Origin: a virus
Length of the DNA: 64,000 nt
Reading direction: 5' to 3' (one strand)
IMG/VR virus record: IMGVR_UViG_3300030503_000566
Location: 1-64,000 of that record
Notes under the pieces: generated by a model
The model's input: only the letters and a program-made list of their open reading frames with translations
The model's database searches: none
Told to the model about the DNA's origin: nothing
Position numbers and translations under genes: made by a program
Shown: in pieces, positions 1 to 9,273 of the stretch
Numbering within the stretch: the first letter of the stretch is position 1
Layout: the number at the start of each line of letters is the position of its first letter

Positions 1-1
1 G

Positions 2-313
2 GAACCTAAAACTCCTCAATATGATAATAACAAGAACTACAAGTGGACTCCTGAGGATAGATTTGTTTTTGATGGAAATGAATTTGGTGCTCTTTATCAG
101 GCTCTAAGAATTGATATTCTTAATCCGGGCGGGGCACCCAAAAAACAAATGGTAGATGTATTCCAGATTCTGGAAAATGCACTTAAGATGGCTGTAGAAG
201 CAGGTGTGGCAGTAGAGAATACTCCACTAAGCCCTACTCCTGAAACAACCCCTTTTAAGGGTCATACTGAGGACATACCAGACTTCTTAAAAGATTTGCA
301 GAAAAATAATTAA
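2..313 (+). CDS. 3' end of hypothetical protein (truncated at window start)
   Basis: Open frame 2 (EPKTPQYDNNKNYKWTPEDRFVFDGNEFGAL...KDLQKNN*) ending TAA 311-313, followed by a hairpin. Confidence 0.75.
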   Translation, partial: EPKTPQYDNNKNYKWTPEDRFVFDGNEFGALYQALRIDILNPGGAPKKQMVDVFQILENALKMAVEAGVAVENTPLSPTPETTPFKGHTEDIPDFLKDLQKNN

Positions 314-317
314 AAGT

Positions 318-350
318 AAAAACCCCGAGATATTATCCCGGGGTTCTTTA
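318..350. terminator. bidirectional intrinsic terminator between convergent genes
   Basis: AAAAACCCCGG-agatattatc-CCGGGGTT-CTTT: GC stem flanked by A and T runs. Confidence 0.8.
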
Positions 351-366
351 TTAAAATACTTAAATA

Positions 367-825
367 CTAGTATTTATCGTTTGGTCCTATCTGTGGTATA
401 TCTACCTCTGATTTAGCTTCATCGTCTATACCCTCAGCTTTTAGCTTCAAATCATCTGCTATTAAGTTAGGTTTTCCTTCTGCTACAGGTCCTAAATAAG
501 GACTCTCACCCTCTAACAAAATCTCCATAATATTCCTTAATCTAGCTGTATCTTCAGGATTAAGATTAATCTCAGTCTGTACCCAGATTTTCTGGTTTGC
601 TGTTGTCTTTACTCCATTCTTGCTCTGTACCTCTACTGCCTTAGTAGTTTCATGCCCATCTTTTAAAAGGATAATCGAACTACCATCTGGATACATTCTA
701 CCTCTCAAGATATATTCAGGATCAATACAATCCACTACTGAAATAATATTGTTTTTCCTCTTCTCTGCTATATCCTCTTTAGTAGGAGGACCAATCTGAA
801 ATTGTTTGAAATAAAATAATGCCAT
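367..825 (-). CDS. hypothetical protein
   Basis: 152-aa ORF closing the minus-strand operon. Confidence 0.7.
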   Translation of the reverse strand: MALFYFKQFQIGPPTKEDIAEKRKNNIISVVDCIDPEYILRGRMYPDGSSIILLKDGHETTKAVEVQSKNGVKTTANQKIWVQTEINLNPEDTARLRNIMEILLEGESPYLGPVAEGKPNLIADDLKLKAEGIDDEAKSEVDIPQIGPNDKY

Positions 826-834
826 AGTGTACGG

Positions 835-1050
835 TTATTTTTTATATGTAGCTGCCTTTACTGCCCACATAGCAGCATTTTCGTAATCTGTTAATGCTAA
901 TGATTTAACCCTAGCTGATTCCCCATCAGGGGTTATTACTAGTTCATCTACTAAATCAATTAACTCAGCACTTTTCTTCTTGATCTTGTCTATTATCGTA
1001 TCTCCAGATATATTAAAATCTACTCTAACTCTTGTTTCACCTTTTGTCAT
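835..1050 (-). CDS. Acb2/Tad1-hairpin-like small protein (candidate cyclic-nucleotide sponge)
   Basis: Helical hairpin with RVKSLALTDYENAAMWAVKAA, matching the R-x-x-A-x-T-x-x-E-x-A-x-M-W pattern of the Acb2/Tad1 hairpin family. Confidence 0.55.
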   Translation of the reverse strand: MTKGETRVRVDFNISGDTIIDKIKKKSAELIDLVDELVITPDGESARVKSLALTDYENAAMWAVKAATYKK

Positions 1051-1424
1051 AACTCTTGGTTTTTAGCAAAGCTACGATGTTTTTCTAATGCTTCCAAATA
1101 AAGTTTCTGAATTGTGGGAGGAATATTAACCCCTCGCTCAATTTGTTCATGTATAAAAGGTGAAACTATTACTATATTCCATTCATGATACCTGTGTTCT
1201 GGATATTTATTCTTTTCTTTAGGTAGAAGATGGTGAAAGTATGTTCTCATAGGTTCTTCCCCAAGATATTTACCCGTTACCACACAGGTATGTGATCTGT
1301 GTTTCCATATCCACAGGTAGATTGCGTCATCTTTTTGACGTAACTCCTTCTCCTCTTCTATCTTCTCCTTAGACTTTAGTTTTCTTTTTAAGCGTGACCT
1401 TTTTAATGGTGTCCTTCTTAACAT
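1047..1424 (-). CDS. HNH-type nuclease (NinG/Rap-like)
   Basis: Basic N-terminus, CVVTG...HHLLPK...NIVIV...H HNH-like spacing. Confidence 0.6.
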   Translation of the reverse strand: MLRRTPLKRSRLKRKLKSKEKIEEEKELRQKDDAIYLWIWKHRSHTCVVTGKYLGEEPMRTYFHHLLPKEKNKYPEHRYHEWNIVIVSPFIHEQIERGVNIPPTIQKLYLEALEKHRSFAKNQEL

Positions 1425-1686
1425 TTGGTAATTCTCTTAGAAAATTAATAAGGATATAACTATATGTACTATCGGTCCTGCGAATAGCTACTATATTAGC
1501 TAGTGCTGCATTTTCCAAAAAGATGGAATCATTTCTGAAACCCATACCCGTTGGGTATATTTGTCCATTCTCTACATAATATAAATCATATAGTTTTCCT
1601 ATCTTCTGTTGGGCTTTCAATGCACCAACTAGGAGTGACAGGATACTGCTTAATAAAAGGCTCTTTAAGGTTGTGTTTATTCTCAT
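1369..1686 (-). CDS. hypothetical protein with N-terminal signal/TM segment
   Basis: LLLSSILSLLVGALKA hydrophobic leader. Confidence 0.55.
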   Translation of the reverse strand: MRINTTLKSLLLSSILSLLVGALKAQQKIGKLYDLYYVENGQIYPTGMGFRNDSIFLENAALANIVAIRRTDSTYSYILINFLRELPNVKKDTIKKVTLKKKTKV

Positions 1687-2032
1687 CTCTTTTATCTGTT
1701 GATTTACTGAACCATAATGTTTTAACTAATGCTGTTTTGTTTTCAAATGGTATGATCACTAGATAGATTCTAGTATACTTTCTATATTGTAGCGATACCA
1801 AAAGCTGTGAAGGATGAATATCATCCTCAGTGTAAACCTCAATAACATTACTGTGTCTATTTATATTTATTAACCTAGGGTAAACTGGATCTTCTCCATG
1901 CCTTTCTTGAAATCTCTCAATTGCATGCTTGGAGTATATTAGATCGTGGAAACCCTCAGGGATCTGTAATGATAAGGGGAGTCCTAGTGGTCCCCTCCTG
2001 TGATATATCTTTAGTTCCTTCTGCGTCTCCAT
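1586..2032 (-). CDS. DUF4258/RelE-superfamily (BECR-fold)-like protein
   Basis: YSKHAIERFQER helix and C-terminal YLVI...ALVKTLW strand pattern; start placed at METQ (2032). Confidence 0.4.
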   Translation of the reverse strand: METQKELKIYHRRGPLGLPLSLQIPEGFHDLIYSKHAIERFQERHGEDPVYPRLININRHSNVIEVYTEDDIHPSQLLVSLQYRKYTRIYLVIIPFENKTALVKTLWFSKSTDKRDENKHNLKEPFIKQYPVTPSWCIESPTEDRKTI

Positions 2033-2555
2033 TATTATAGTCTTTTTGTTGTAATTGTAAAGCCACTTGATCATAAGTAAATGACCAATCTTTCCTGAAA
2101 GTATTGGCTTTGGCTTTACCGTATCTACTTTCCTTCACTGTATATAGATACTGCATTAGATTCTGTGCCCCTAGTTCATTGTGATCATGGACTGCAAATA
2201 ATGTATCTTCAAAACTTACATTATTTTGATCCATGGTAATCACAAACCAAATTATAGCATGCATTCCACTTTTTGTCTTAAAATCCTTGTAATCTACTAT
2301 CCTTTCTCCCGGATGCTCAAAATTATAGTGAATATATTCAGGGGTGAGATCATGATCTAAGCTAATTAAAGCTGGTAATTCTTTATTCTTTTTATAGAAT
2401 TTAGTAATGAATTCTGTGAACTCATCATAACTCCTTAGGATATACCACTCATATCCCTCCGGTGTCTCTGTAGGAGTTCTATTATCATCAAGGTATATTG
2501 CTACCTTATTTTGACTCTTTCTCCTTAGGGAGTTCTCTAGGGCTTTCGTATCCAT
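1956..2555 (-). CDS. cyclic-phosphate-processing receiver-like (cREC) domain protein
   Basis: IYLDDNR, RSYDEF, ISLDHDL, KSG, VHDHN motifs. Confidence 0.75.
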   Translation of the reverse strand: MDTKALENSLRRKSQNKVAIYLDDNRTPTETPEGYEWYILRSYDEFTEFITKFYKKNKELPALISLDHDLTPEYIHYNFEHPGERIVDYKDFKTKSGMHAIIWFVITMDQNNVSFEDTLFAVHDHNELGAQNLMQYLYTVKESRYGKAKANTFRKDWSFTYDQVALQLQQKDYNNGDAEGTKDISQEGTTRTPLIITDP

Positions 2556-3555
2556 CTTTTATCTTTTGTAATACTTGATCTTTAATAGTTTGGAAGTATT
2601 CAGGATTATCATTTAATAGAGCTTTAAGATTTTCCTCTCCCTGCACCTTATTTTCACCTATAGTATACCACCCTGCTCCCCCCTTAGTGATAATATCCAT
2701 TTCTGCTGCAAGGCTAATGATTTCTCCCACTTTATCAAATCCTACTCCCCATAATACATCAACTTTGGCAGTTCTAAAAGGATCAGAGAGCTTATTTTTT
2801 ACAATCTTAAATTTTGTAGTGTTTAATTCATTAGCCAGATCTAGACTTTTCCTGACATCAATTCTCATAGATGCGTAAAATCTAAGGGCATTCCCCCCAC
2901 TTGTAGTTTCAGGTGTGCCAAATATAACACCAATCTTTTCCCTAAGCTGGTTAATAAAAATAACAAGAGTATTATTATTATCAGCAATAGCTGCTAATTT
3001 CCTCATAGCTTGACCCATCATCCTACTCTGTAGACCCATAGTACTATCACCCATCTCCCCGTCAATTTCTTTCTTTGGAGTCATAGCAGCTACCGAATCA
3101 ATAATTATTACTCCAAACTCCCCTGTATTAATGAGTTCTTCTGCTACTGTTAGACCTTGCTCACCATAATCAGGTTGGGAAATTACTAAATCATCATTAT
3201 TTATACCAATAGCTTTTCCATAGATTGGATCATATGCATGTTCTGCATCAATCAAACCAGCTTGTAGACCTTTTGCCTGAGCTTCAGCTATTACATGTTC
3301 TATAAGAGTGGTCTTACCTGAAGATTCCCATCCATATATCTCGACAATCCTCCCTCTAGGAAGACCCCCTATTCCTGTAGCCATATCTAATCTGAGGGAG
3401 CCTGTAGATATTACATCCATATCCCAATGCCCAACAGGAGCATCTTTCATCTTCATAGCAGTACCTACTCCAAATTCTTTATTGAGTTTATCAAGAGCTA
3501 GCTGTGTTTTACTCTTTTTTTCTTCTTCGACTTTTACTTCTTTATCTTTTGCCAT
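2506..3555 (-). CDS. recA: recombinase RecA
   Basis: GGLPRGRIVEIYGWESSGKTT, DAEHA, IIDSVAA, FINQLREKIG, GGNALRFYAS; start placed at MAKDK. Confidence 0.97.
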   Translation of the reverse strand: MAKDKEVKVEEEKKSKTQLALDKLNKEFGVGTAMKMKDAPVGHWDMDVISTGSLRLDMATGIGGLPRGRIVEIYGWESSGKTTLIEHVIAEAQAKGLQAGLIDAEHAYDPIYGKAIGINNDDLVISQPDYGEQGLTVAEELINTGEFGVIIIDSVAAMTPKKEIDGEMGDSTMGLQSRMMGQAMRKLAAIADNNNTLVIFINQLREKIGVIFGTPETTSGGNALRFYASMRIDVRKSLDLANELNTTKFKIVKNKLSDPFRTAKVDVLWGVGFDKVGEIISLAAEMDIITKGGAGWYTIGENKVQGEENLKALLNDNPEYFQTIKDQVLQKIKDGYESPRELPKEKESK

Positions 3556-3565
3556 AATATAAAAA

Positions 3566-3606
3566 TTAAGTGGGATAACTACAAAGATAGTAATTATCCC
3601 ACTATT
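3566..3606 (-). terminator. long hairpin between the hypothetical gene and recA
   Basis: AGTGGGATAAcTAC...GTAaTTATCCCACT inverted repeat. Confidence 0.55.
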
Positions 3607-3634
3607 AGCCAAATGCTACAGCCTTAGAAATACT

Positions 3635-4369
3635 TTATTTTACAATATATTTTACTCCATTAAATAACAGGGTATTGATTGCTCTTACATTAACTTGCCT
3701 CTTACTAGAACCTGTTCTAATATCCATATCTACTACATCATAAAGGCCATTGACACTCTCAAACTGAGTTTTGTAACCCCTAAGAATCCTCTCCTCTCCC
3801 TTCTCTATAGGTAGGATGGGATTGGCTTGTAGATCAGCTATTACCTTCGCAGCGACTGCTGCTACACCCTTTTTATTCTTTGCAGCATCAGCAATTTTAG
3901 CCAGAGCCTCAGTGGCCTGTTTTGCCATAGCCTCACCCAAAGCCTTATTACTCAACTCTTTATTGGCTTTAGTGAACTTTACAGTGAATACTTGTTGGGA
4001 GTGAATATCGCTCCAGATAGAGAGAATACCTTTCTGTTTTACATCTCCTTCCTTGGGAAGTTCATTATATGTTCCAATAGGAAGTTCTTCAATTTGCTTT
4101 TTGGTCCATTTTTTATCCTCGATACCCACCTCCACCTCAGAGAAATATTGATCTGCTGTCTGTAGGAGTTCAGAGACATATTTCTCATCCAAATTTACAA
4201 CCTGACCACTCTCTAAGTGAAGGAATTGATATTCATTAGTAGAGGGTTTCCTCCCATTAAAGATATAATGACTTTGTTCTGAAAACACATCATTTTCTTT
4301 AATATCAGTGAGTATATTACTTGTTCCCTTTGTAATAGCTGTCTTTATTGGCATATTATTTTTTTTCAA
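3635..4369 (-). CDS. hypothetical protein coupled to the vWA gene
   Basis: 244-aa ORF overlapping the vWA stop. Confidence 0.75.
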   Translation of the reverse strand: MKKNNMPIKTAITKGTSNILTDIKENDVFSEQSHYIFNGRKPSTNEYQFLHLESGQVVNLDEKYVSELLQTADQYFSEVEVGIEDKKWTKKQIEELPIGTYNELPKEGDVKQKGILSIWSDIHSQQVFTVKFTKANKELSNKALGEAMAKQATEALAKIADAAKNKKGVAAVAAKVIADLQANPILPIEKGEERILRGYKTQFESVNGLYDVVDMDIRTGSSKRQVNVRAINTLLFNGVKYIVK

Positions 4370-5087
4370 CTGATTTTGTATAGAAAGTCTTTGAAGTACT
4401 AATTCCTCTTGTTTTTACCTCTTCCGAGAAAGCCATGGTAGCTCCTGCTCCTCTAGCATATGACATTTTAACACCTTCCCCAGTATTATTATGAGTAAAG
4501 GTATTACCGATATCAATACCAAGATTCTTAATAATTGTCTGTGTATCTTCAGGAGTTCCAACAAAAGTTACTGTAAACTTGTGATTATTTTGCACATCTT
4601 GAATGAGGTCATATAAAGCTTTTCTCCCTTTAGGCGTATTATTATAAAGCCCTAGAGGGTCAGAGTCATTCTCTTGCCCATCAGTAAAAATCTTAAGGAT
4701 TACTCTATCTTCTTGTGTCTTCTGACCTAGTATTTTCTCGATAGTATAACCTATTGCCTCATAAAGGGGAGTATTGCCGTGTGCTCCTTTCCCCTTAAAC
4801 ATTTTTACTTCACTAAGTGGTTTATTAACAATATATTCATTATATACTGCCGTTTTTGGATATGTAATCCCACTTGTAAATTGGATGATTGTCTGAAGAT
4901 AATCAGCATTTGGATCATTTTTCAAAATTCCCATTTCTGTGTTAATACCTTCCTCTGCATTCTCGTACTTATTGTTCCATGCCATGCTTGATGATCCATC
5001 AAGTAAGTGAACATTTAAAATTGTTGGCTTCTTTTCTCCAACTTTAACTAAATCTGTATCTTTCTTTTTGTCTGGAGTTAATCTCAT
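4356..5087 (-). CDS. von Willebrand factor A domain protein
   Basis: MIDAS LLDGSSSM, GNTPLYEAIG, IFTDGQEN, FVG. Confidence 0.9.
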   Translation of the reverse strand: MRLTPDKKKDTDLVKVGEKKPTILNVHLLDGSSSMAWNNKYENAEEGINTEMGILKNDPNADYLQTIIQFTSGITYPKTAVYNEYIVNKPLSEVKMFKGKGAHGNTPLYEAIGYTIEKILGQKTQEDRVILKIFTDGQENDSDPLGLYNNTPKGRKALYDLIQDVQNNHKFTVTFVGTPEDTQTIIKNLGIDIGNTFTHNNTGEGVKMSYARGAGATMAFSEEVKTRGISTSKTFYTKSVEKK

Positions 5088-5088
5088 T

Positions 5089-5229
5089 TTAAAATAGTTT
5101 ATTTATAATTGGCTTCCAACTTTTCCAAATTCCAAATTGATACTTTGCAATCCTTATATAATATACTCTTCCAACAAAGTTTATTTCCCAGCCATCTTTA
5201 TAACTATAGGGAAATACTCTTATAACCAT
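5089..5229 (-). CDS. small hypothetical protein (46 aa, below ORF-track cutoff)
   Basis: MVIRVFPYSYKDGWEINF...KLF*, between a promoter and the vWA start. Confidence 0.5.
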   Translation of the reverse strand: MVIRVFPYSYKDGWEINFVGRVYYIRIAKYQFGIWKSWKPIINKLF

Positions 5230-5247
5230 ATTAATGATTTTGATTTA

Positions 5248-5279
5248 CAAAGTTACGAAATAAAAAACCCCTAACCAAA
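5248..5279 (-). promoter_or_regulatory. Bacteroidota sigma-A promoter
   Basis: Minus strand TTTG-N20-TAACTTTG matches the -33/-7 consensus TTTG...TAnnTTTG. Confidence 0.75.
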
Positions 5280-5666
5280 TTAATGATTAGGGGTACTTAC
5301 AAAATTCTTAATTTCCTCCCATTTTCTTTGTATCTGGGGATATTTACTACATCTCCTTATAAGATTTCTTTTACTTTGAACTGCTATTGATGTCCTATCA
5401 GTTTTATCCTTTACATACTCTTGTAATGTAAAGTAGGATATTCCGCTCTCTAATCCTAACCTATAGAAAAATGTCTTATAATCTTTAGGTATCTTAACTC
5501 TCTCTCTCCCATTTACTTCTTCAGTACCCAAATATGCTCCTATTCTCTTAGCTAATTTTCTTACTTCTTTATCTTCCCATTGTATTGTCTCAATCTCCTT
5601 TTGCAATCTATCTATAGTGCCCTTTAATCTTGCTATTTGTTGTTTCTTCTTATCTATTCTTTTCAT
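5280..5666 (-). CDS. hypothetical protein, coiled-coil N-terminus
   Basis: 128-aa ORF. Confidence 0.65.
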   Translation of the reverse strand: MKRIDKKKQQIARLKGTIDRLQKEIETIQWEDKEVRKLAKRIGAYLGTEEVNGRERVKIPKDYKTFFYRLGLESGISYFTLQEYVKDKTDRTSIAVQSKRNLIRRCSKYPQIQRKWEEIKNFVSTPNH

Positions 5667-5887
5667 CGCGGTTTCTCAACTGAGTATATAATACCTCTCA
5701 ACTCCTTCTTGACTTCCTCCTCCCTCCTCACAAGTTGTTGTAATTCAGCCATTAATACATTAGATCTTACATCCTGTTCAACTGAGTAGGGATATACTTG
5801 TTTTGCCATAAAGTTCTAGATTATTTGAAATGAGGTGTAAATGTAGACCATTTATCCTAACTAACCTCATTAAGACAGAAATATATA

Positions 5888-6394
5888 TTAAGGTCTTGCG
5901 TTAATAGTATTGACTTCTGTAAAGTAACTATAAAAAAGAGCGTTACAGAAAATGTGACCTATATGGGATAATCCTGATTCCTCATCATTTACTTCCCCTG
6001 CTAACAATGCAGTTGTATGCCTTAATAGGCTATCTAAAGTGTCTTTTAAACTAAGTCCATTTTTCCATTGATTCTCACTATATTTGTCCTTCCCATACAT
6101 GAGCACCTTTACCATAGGTTCAAGTGCTTTAAAATCAACTAAATGCCATTGTAATTTACCTTGATTGAACCTATTGCCCAATTCTTTGAGCTTTTTCAGC
6201 TTTTCTTCTTCTGGAAATCCAGCTTCTTTAGGTAATTTACCTTCTTTAACTAATTTATCGATTTGGTCTTTGCATTGTTGTTCAGGTTCTTCTTCCTTTC
6301 TTAGATCTGCAAGTCCTTTATTTCTTAAACTCTGTAGAACTGCTTGTTCATCTGCAATCTTTTGTGCTTCTCTGATACTAGTTTCTAAGCTCAT
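5888..6394 (-). CDS. DUF5664 dATP/dGTP diphosphohydrolase-like protein
   Basis: RFNQGKLQWHL, YGKDKY, QWKNG, DSLLRH, DEESGLSHIGH. Confidence 0.85.
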   Translation of the reverse strand: MSLETSIREAQKIADEQAVLQSLRNKGLADLRKEEEPEQQCKDQIDKLVKEGKLPKEAGFPEEEKLKKLKELGNRFNQGKLQWHLVDFKALEPMVKVLMYGKDKYSENQWKNGLSLKDTLDSLLRHTTALLAGEVNDEESGLSHIGHIFCNALFYSYFTEVNTINARP

Positions 6395-7092
6395 ATTCCT
6401 AGTGCTTTTGCTACGTTAGGGAAATATTGTTTAAATATCTTCTCAATCTCCAATGCCACCTCCCTGTGCTCCTTCTGTGCATGTTGGGAAGTTCTTTGTG
6501 CTAGATAGTAAATCCAGCTTCTAACACTGCCGTTGAGATACATAGTAGTACTTGTAGCCATAGGTAAAATCATTCTAGCACACTCTTTAGCTACATCTTT
6601 TTTTAACAATTCCTTATAGAGATGTAATCCTTCTTTGATATATGCATTAATCCTATCTGAAGCGTGAGAAGGACTACCATCAGGATTATAGTACATTGGA
6701 CTACCATCACTATCACTATCTATACACATCTCAGGATCAAAAGTTTCTTCGCTACTCTGCCTATTCTTACTAGCTTTTCTCCTCAACTCAATAGGTTCGA
6801 TCTCAGTCACTTCTGCATACCTCTGGCTAAACTCTTGAGGTTTAATACTCCAATGCCTCAAAATTTGAATTGCTATTGCCTTACTGGTAGTTACCTCCAC
6901 TGTGAGATTTACCATATCAAAAGGACTGTTATGTTGATTATCTAGTAGATGCTTTAATAACTTATCTGCTGTATCTAGATTCCCTTGGTTTTCTGGATTA
7001 CTTACTCTTGCTTCATAGGTAATCAAATCCTCTGAGGAGAGGTCTAATCCCTCTACAAGAGATTTTGTAATTGCTGTTGCTCTTACTTGCAT
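6391..7092 (-). CDS. thyX: FAD-dependent thymidylate synthase
   Basis: HNSPFD, QILRHW...QEFSQRY, ECARMILP, HAQKEHR. Confidence 0.95.
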   Translation of the reverse strand: MQVRATAITKSLVEGLDLSSEDLITYEARVSNPENQGNLDTADKLLKHLLDNQHNSPFDMVNLTVEVTTSKAIAIQILRHWSIKPQEFSQRYAEVTEIEPIELRRKASKNRQSSEETFDPEMCIDSDSDGSPMYYNPDGSPSHASDRINAYIKEGLHLYKELLKKDVAKECARMILPMATSTTMYLNGSVRSWIYYLAQRTSQHAQKEHREVALEIEKIFKQYFPNVAKALGI

Positions 7093-7304
7093 TACTCTAT
7101 ATTAAGTACTTGTTTTTTGGGTATGAATTTTGATGATTTACCTGATTTCCTATCCATTAATTCCACTTCCTTTCTCATTACAGGACCATCTCTTACATCT
7201 AACATAGGTACAGTGAAATCACCAAAGATACTATGGGTACAGTGTATATCTGCTGAGTACATTGGTTCTTTGGTCTCTTTATCCTCTCTTTGTACTATTT
7301 TCAT
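7092..7304 (-). CDS. hypothetical protein
   Basis: Stop/start coupled to neighbours. Confidence 0.6.
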   Translation of the reverse strand: MKIVQREDKETKEPMYSADIHCTHSIFGDFTVPMLDVRDGPVMRKEVELMDRKSGKSSKFIPKKQVLNIE

Positions 7305-7663
7305 TTAGCTAACTGATTTTCAAGGGTTTCAAATGCTACTCCAAATCCTAACTCCTCTGCTGCTACTCTACTATCTGCTGAAAATGAATGTGGAGAACCT
7401 ACAATATGATAGCTCCAGTAGGTATCATCAACTCTATTAATTACTAATTCGTTACCCATATCATCAAAGAAATCGTATAATGCTCTAGGACTGAAATAGA
7501 AAATTGCCTTTAGAGATTGCTCATACAAAAGAGCATCTTTCCCTAGTACCTCTACATTAGGAAATGTACCTAACCACTCCTTAAAAACGTTTACTGAGAG
7601 TGGATATTGCTCCACTATCTTATCACCATTTAAGGAGGGTGTCTTTATCTTATTTTCACTCAT
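7301..7663 (-). CDS. hypothetical protein
   Basis: Coupled ORF. Confidence 0.7.
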   Translation of the reverse strand: MSENKIKTPSLNGDKIVEQYPLSVNVFKEWLGTFPNVEVLGKDALLYEQSLKAIFYFSPRALYDFFDDMGNELVINRVDDTYWSYHIVGSPHSFSADSRVAAEELGFGVAFETLENQLAK

Positions 7664-8219
7664 AATCCTTTATATTTATAGTTTCTCTTGAGAGTGTAGG
7701 AGATGACCAATATTCACTATCGGCATCTAACTCAACTCCCAATCTATTCTCCCAATAATCTCTCATTTTGTCACTTTTGTTAAATATATGCGCATAGAAG
7801 GAAGGTTCTTTGTAAGGAATATTCTTACTTGTAAGGCCACTTTTCTCTGTGGGAAAAAGATCTTTATATACCTTGCTAAACTTAGAGTATTTTCCTACCA
7901 AGAACTTTCGATAATCTTCCATATATTTTGATGGGAACTTATAAACCATCACCACATATCCATTTGGATAATCATAATCCTCAATAAATAGATGAGTTCT
8001 AATCTTCTCACTCTCTACAAAGAACTCAAATTCTACCAATGATGGTGGTTTGAATAGTACATATACACAATCTTCATAGTGCGGATCATGGTCTTTATCA
8101 TCAACAAATGCATTAATAAATCCATAAGGGATAAGCTCTGGTTTTAACAGTTCTATACCCCTCAGGAGAAATCTAGTGCTATCTGTTACTTTAATATCAT
8201 CTTTAATACTCATCTTCAA
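7656..8219 (-). CDS. hypothetical protein (crAss-like replication module)
   Basis: Coupled ORF next to exonuclease; GKYSKF motif. Confidence 0.7.
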   Translation of the reverse strand: MKMSIKDDIKVTDSTRFLLRGIELLKPELIPYGFINAFVDDKDHDPHYEDCVYVLFKPPSLVEFEFFVESEKIRTHLFIEDYDYPNGYVVMVYKFPSKYMEDYRKFLVGKYSKFSKVYKDLFPTEKSGLTSKNIPYKEPSFYAHIFNKSDKMRDYWENRLGVELDADSEYWSSPTLSRETINIKDYE

Positions 8220-9273
8220 TAAAGGGTTTGATTTTTACAATCCCTTGAGTTTCATGGTTGAGCTTTGATATCTCCCAGATATTATTAGCCTTATGCCATG
8301 TAAGATCTTGGATTGCTCTGTTAACACCGGGGTAATACCTTCCATTCATCACAAATCCCTCTAACCCCTGCTGTAAATTTACAGCGTCTGTTTCATAAAT
8401 CAAAGGATTTTGGTAATTACTACTATCAGCAACTATAAACCTCATAAACTGTATCTGATAATCACCCCAACCCTCCTTTTGTGCCCAGTGGAGCACGGCT
8501 AAATAATATACTGCTGCCTGTATATAATACTTATATTTGTACCAATTACTCTGGAACTCTTTTTCATTATCCCAGCATGTCTTAAGATCCCATATGGAGA
8601 TAATCTTAAGAGTGTGATCTACTACTAATTTATCTAATAATGCTTTAAGTTTGTATCCTTTATGCTCAAAGACTATAGCTAGTTGAGTATAAACTTCATA
8701 ACGCCTATCACTCACAAGATTTATGATGTTTTTAGTCACCCAGTTATTCTTCAATGTAGATACTAACTTTTCAGCGGTTTGGACTTGATATAACTCTACT
8801 GTAATTTTGCCTATCGAAGACATTAACTGCCTGTAATATAGAATGGCCTCACCTTCAGTGAACTTTTCTAAAATACTCTCGTAAGAGGAACCTTTCTGTT
8901 TAAAGGCTACTATATTTCCATTTCTATCAAACTTAACCTCATTATAGGCCTCCTTAGTGAGAGTTTCAAAGTTCCTGCGTAAAGTACCATCTTCATCTCT
9001 GCACTCCACACTATTTTTGTAAAGAGCTTTAGTAAACTCTAACATCTGCCCAGTTGGTGCTTGAGCAGATGTTAGTGAAAACCTATTATCAAACTCATTA
9101 GGTTCAAAAATTAGGGTGTCGGTTAAGGAACCCATAATTAGTGAATTAGAAAGTTCTTGAACTTCGTCCTCCCTTAGAATCCATTTTCGATAGTATTTTT
9201 TCCTATCATCAATGAAATCCTTAATACTACTATAATTGTCGATTTCAAGGGAGCGGTATTCTTTCTCAGTCAT
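8203..9273 (-). CDS. PD-(D/E)XK exonuclease (RecE/DUF3799-like)
   Basis: YSSIK, MGSLTD, KALLD...WDLKT, YYIQAAVY. Confidence 0.85.
   Translation of the reverse strand: MTEKEYRSLEIDNYSSIKDFIDDRKKYYRKWILREDEVQELSNSLIMGSLTDTLIFEPNEFDNRFSLTSAQAPTGQMLEFTKALYKNSVECRDEDGTLRRNFETLTKEAYNEVKFDRNGNIVAFKQKGSSYESILEKFTEGEAILYYRQLMSSIGKITVELYQVQTAEKLVSTLKNNWVTKNIINLVSDRRYEVYTQLAIVFEHKGYKLKALLDKLVVDHTLKIISIWDLKTCWDNEKEFQSNWYKYKYYIQAAVYYLAVLHWAQKEGWGDYQIQFMRFIVADSSNYQNPLIYETDAVNLQQGLEGFVMNGRYYPGVNRAIQDLTWHKANNIWEISKLNHETQGIVKIKPFIEDEY

Noticed and set aside
5888-6394. 2-aminoadenine (Z) genome suggested by DUF5664
   Set aside because: No purZ or datZ in the window; DUF5664 alone is not sufficient evidence
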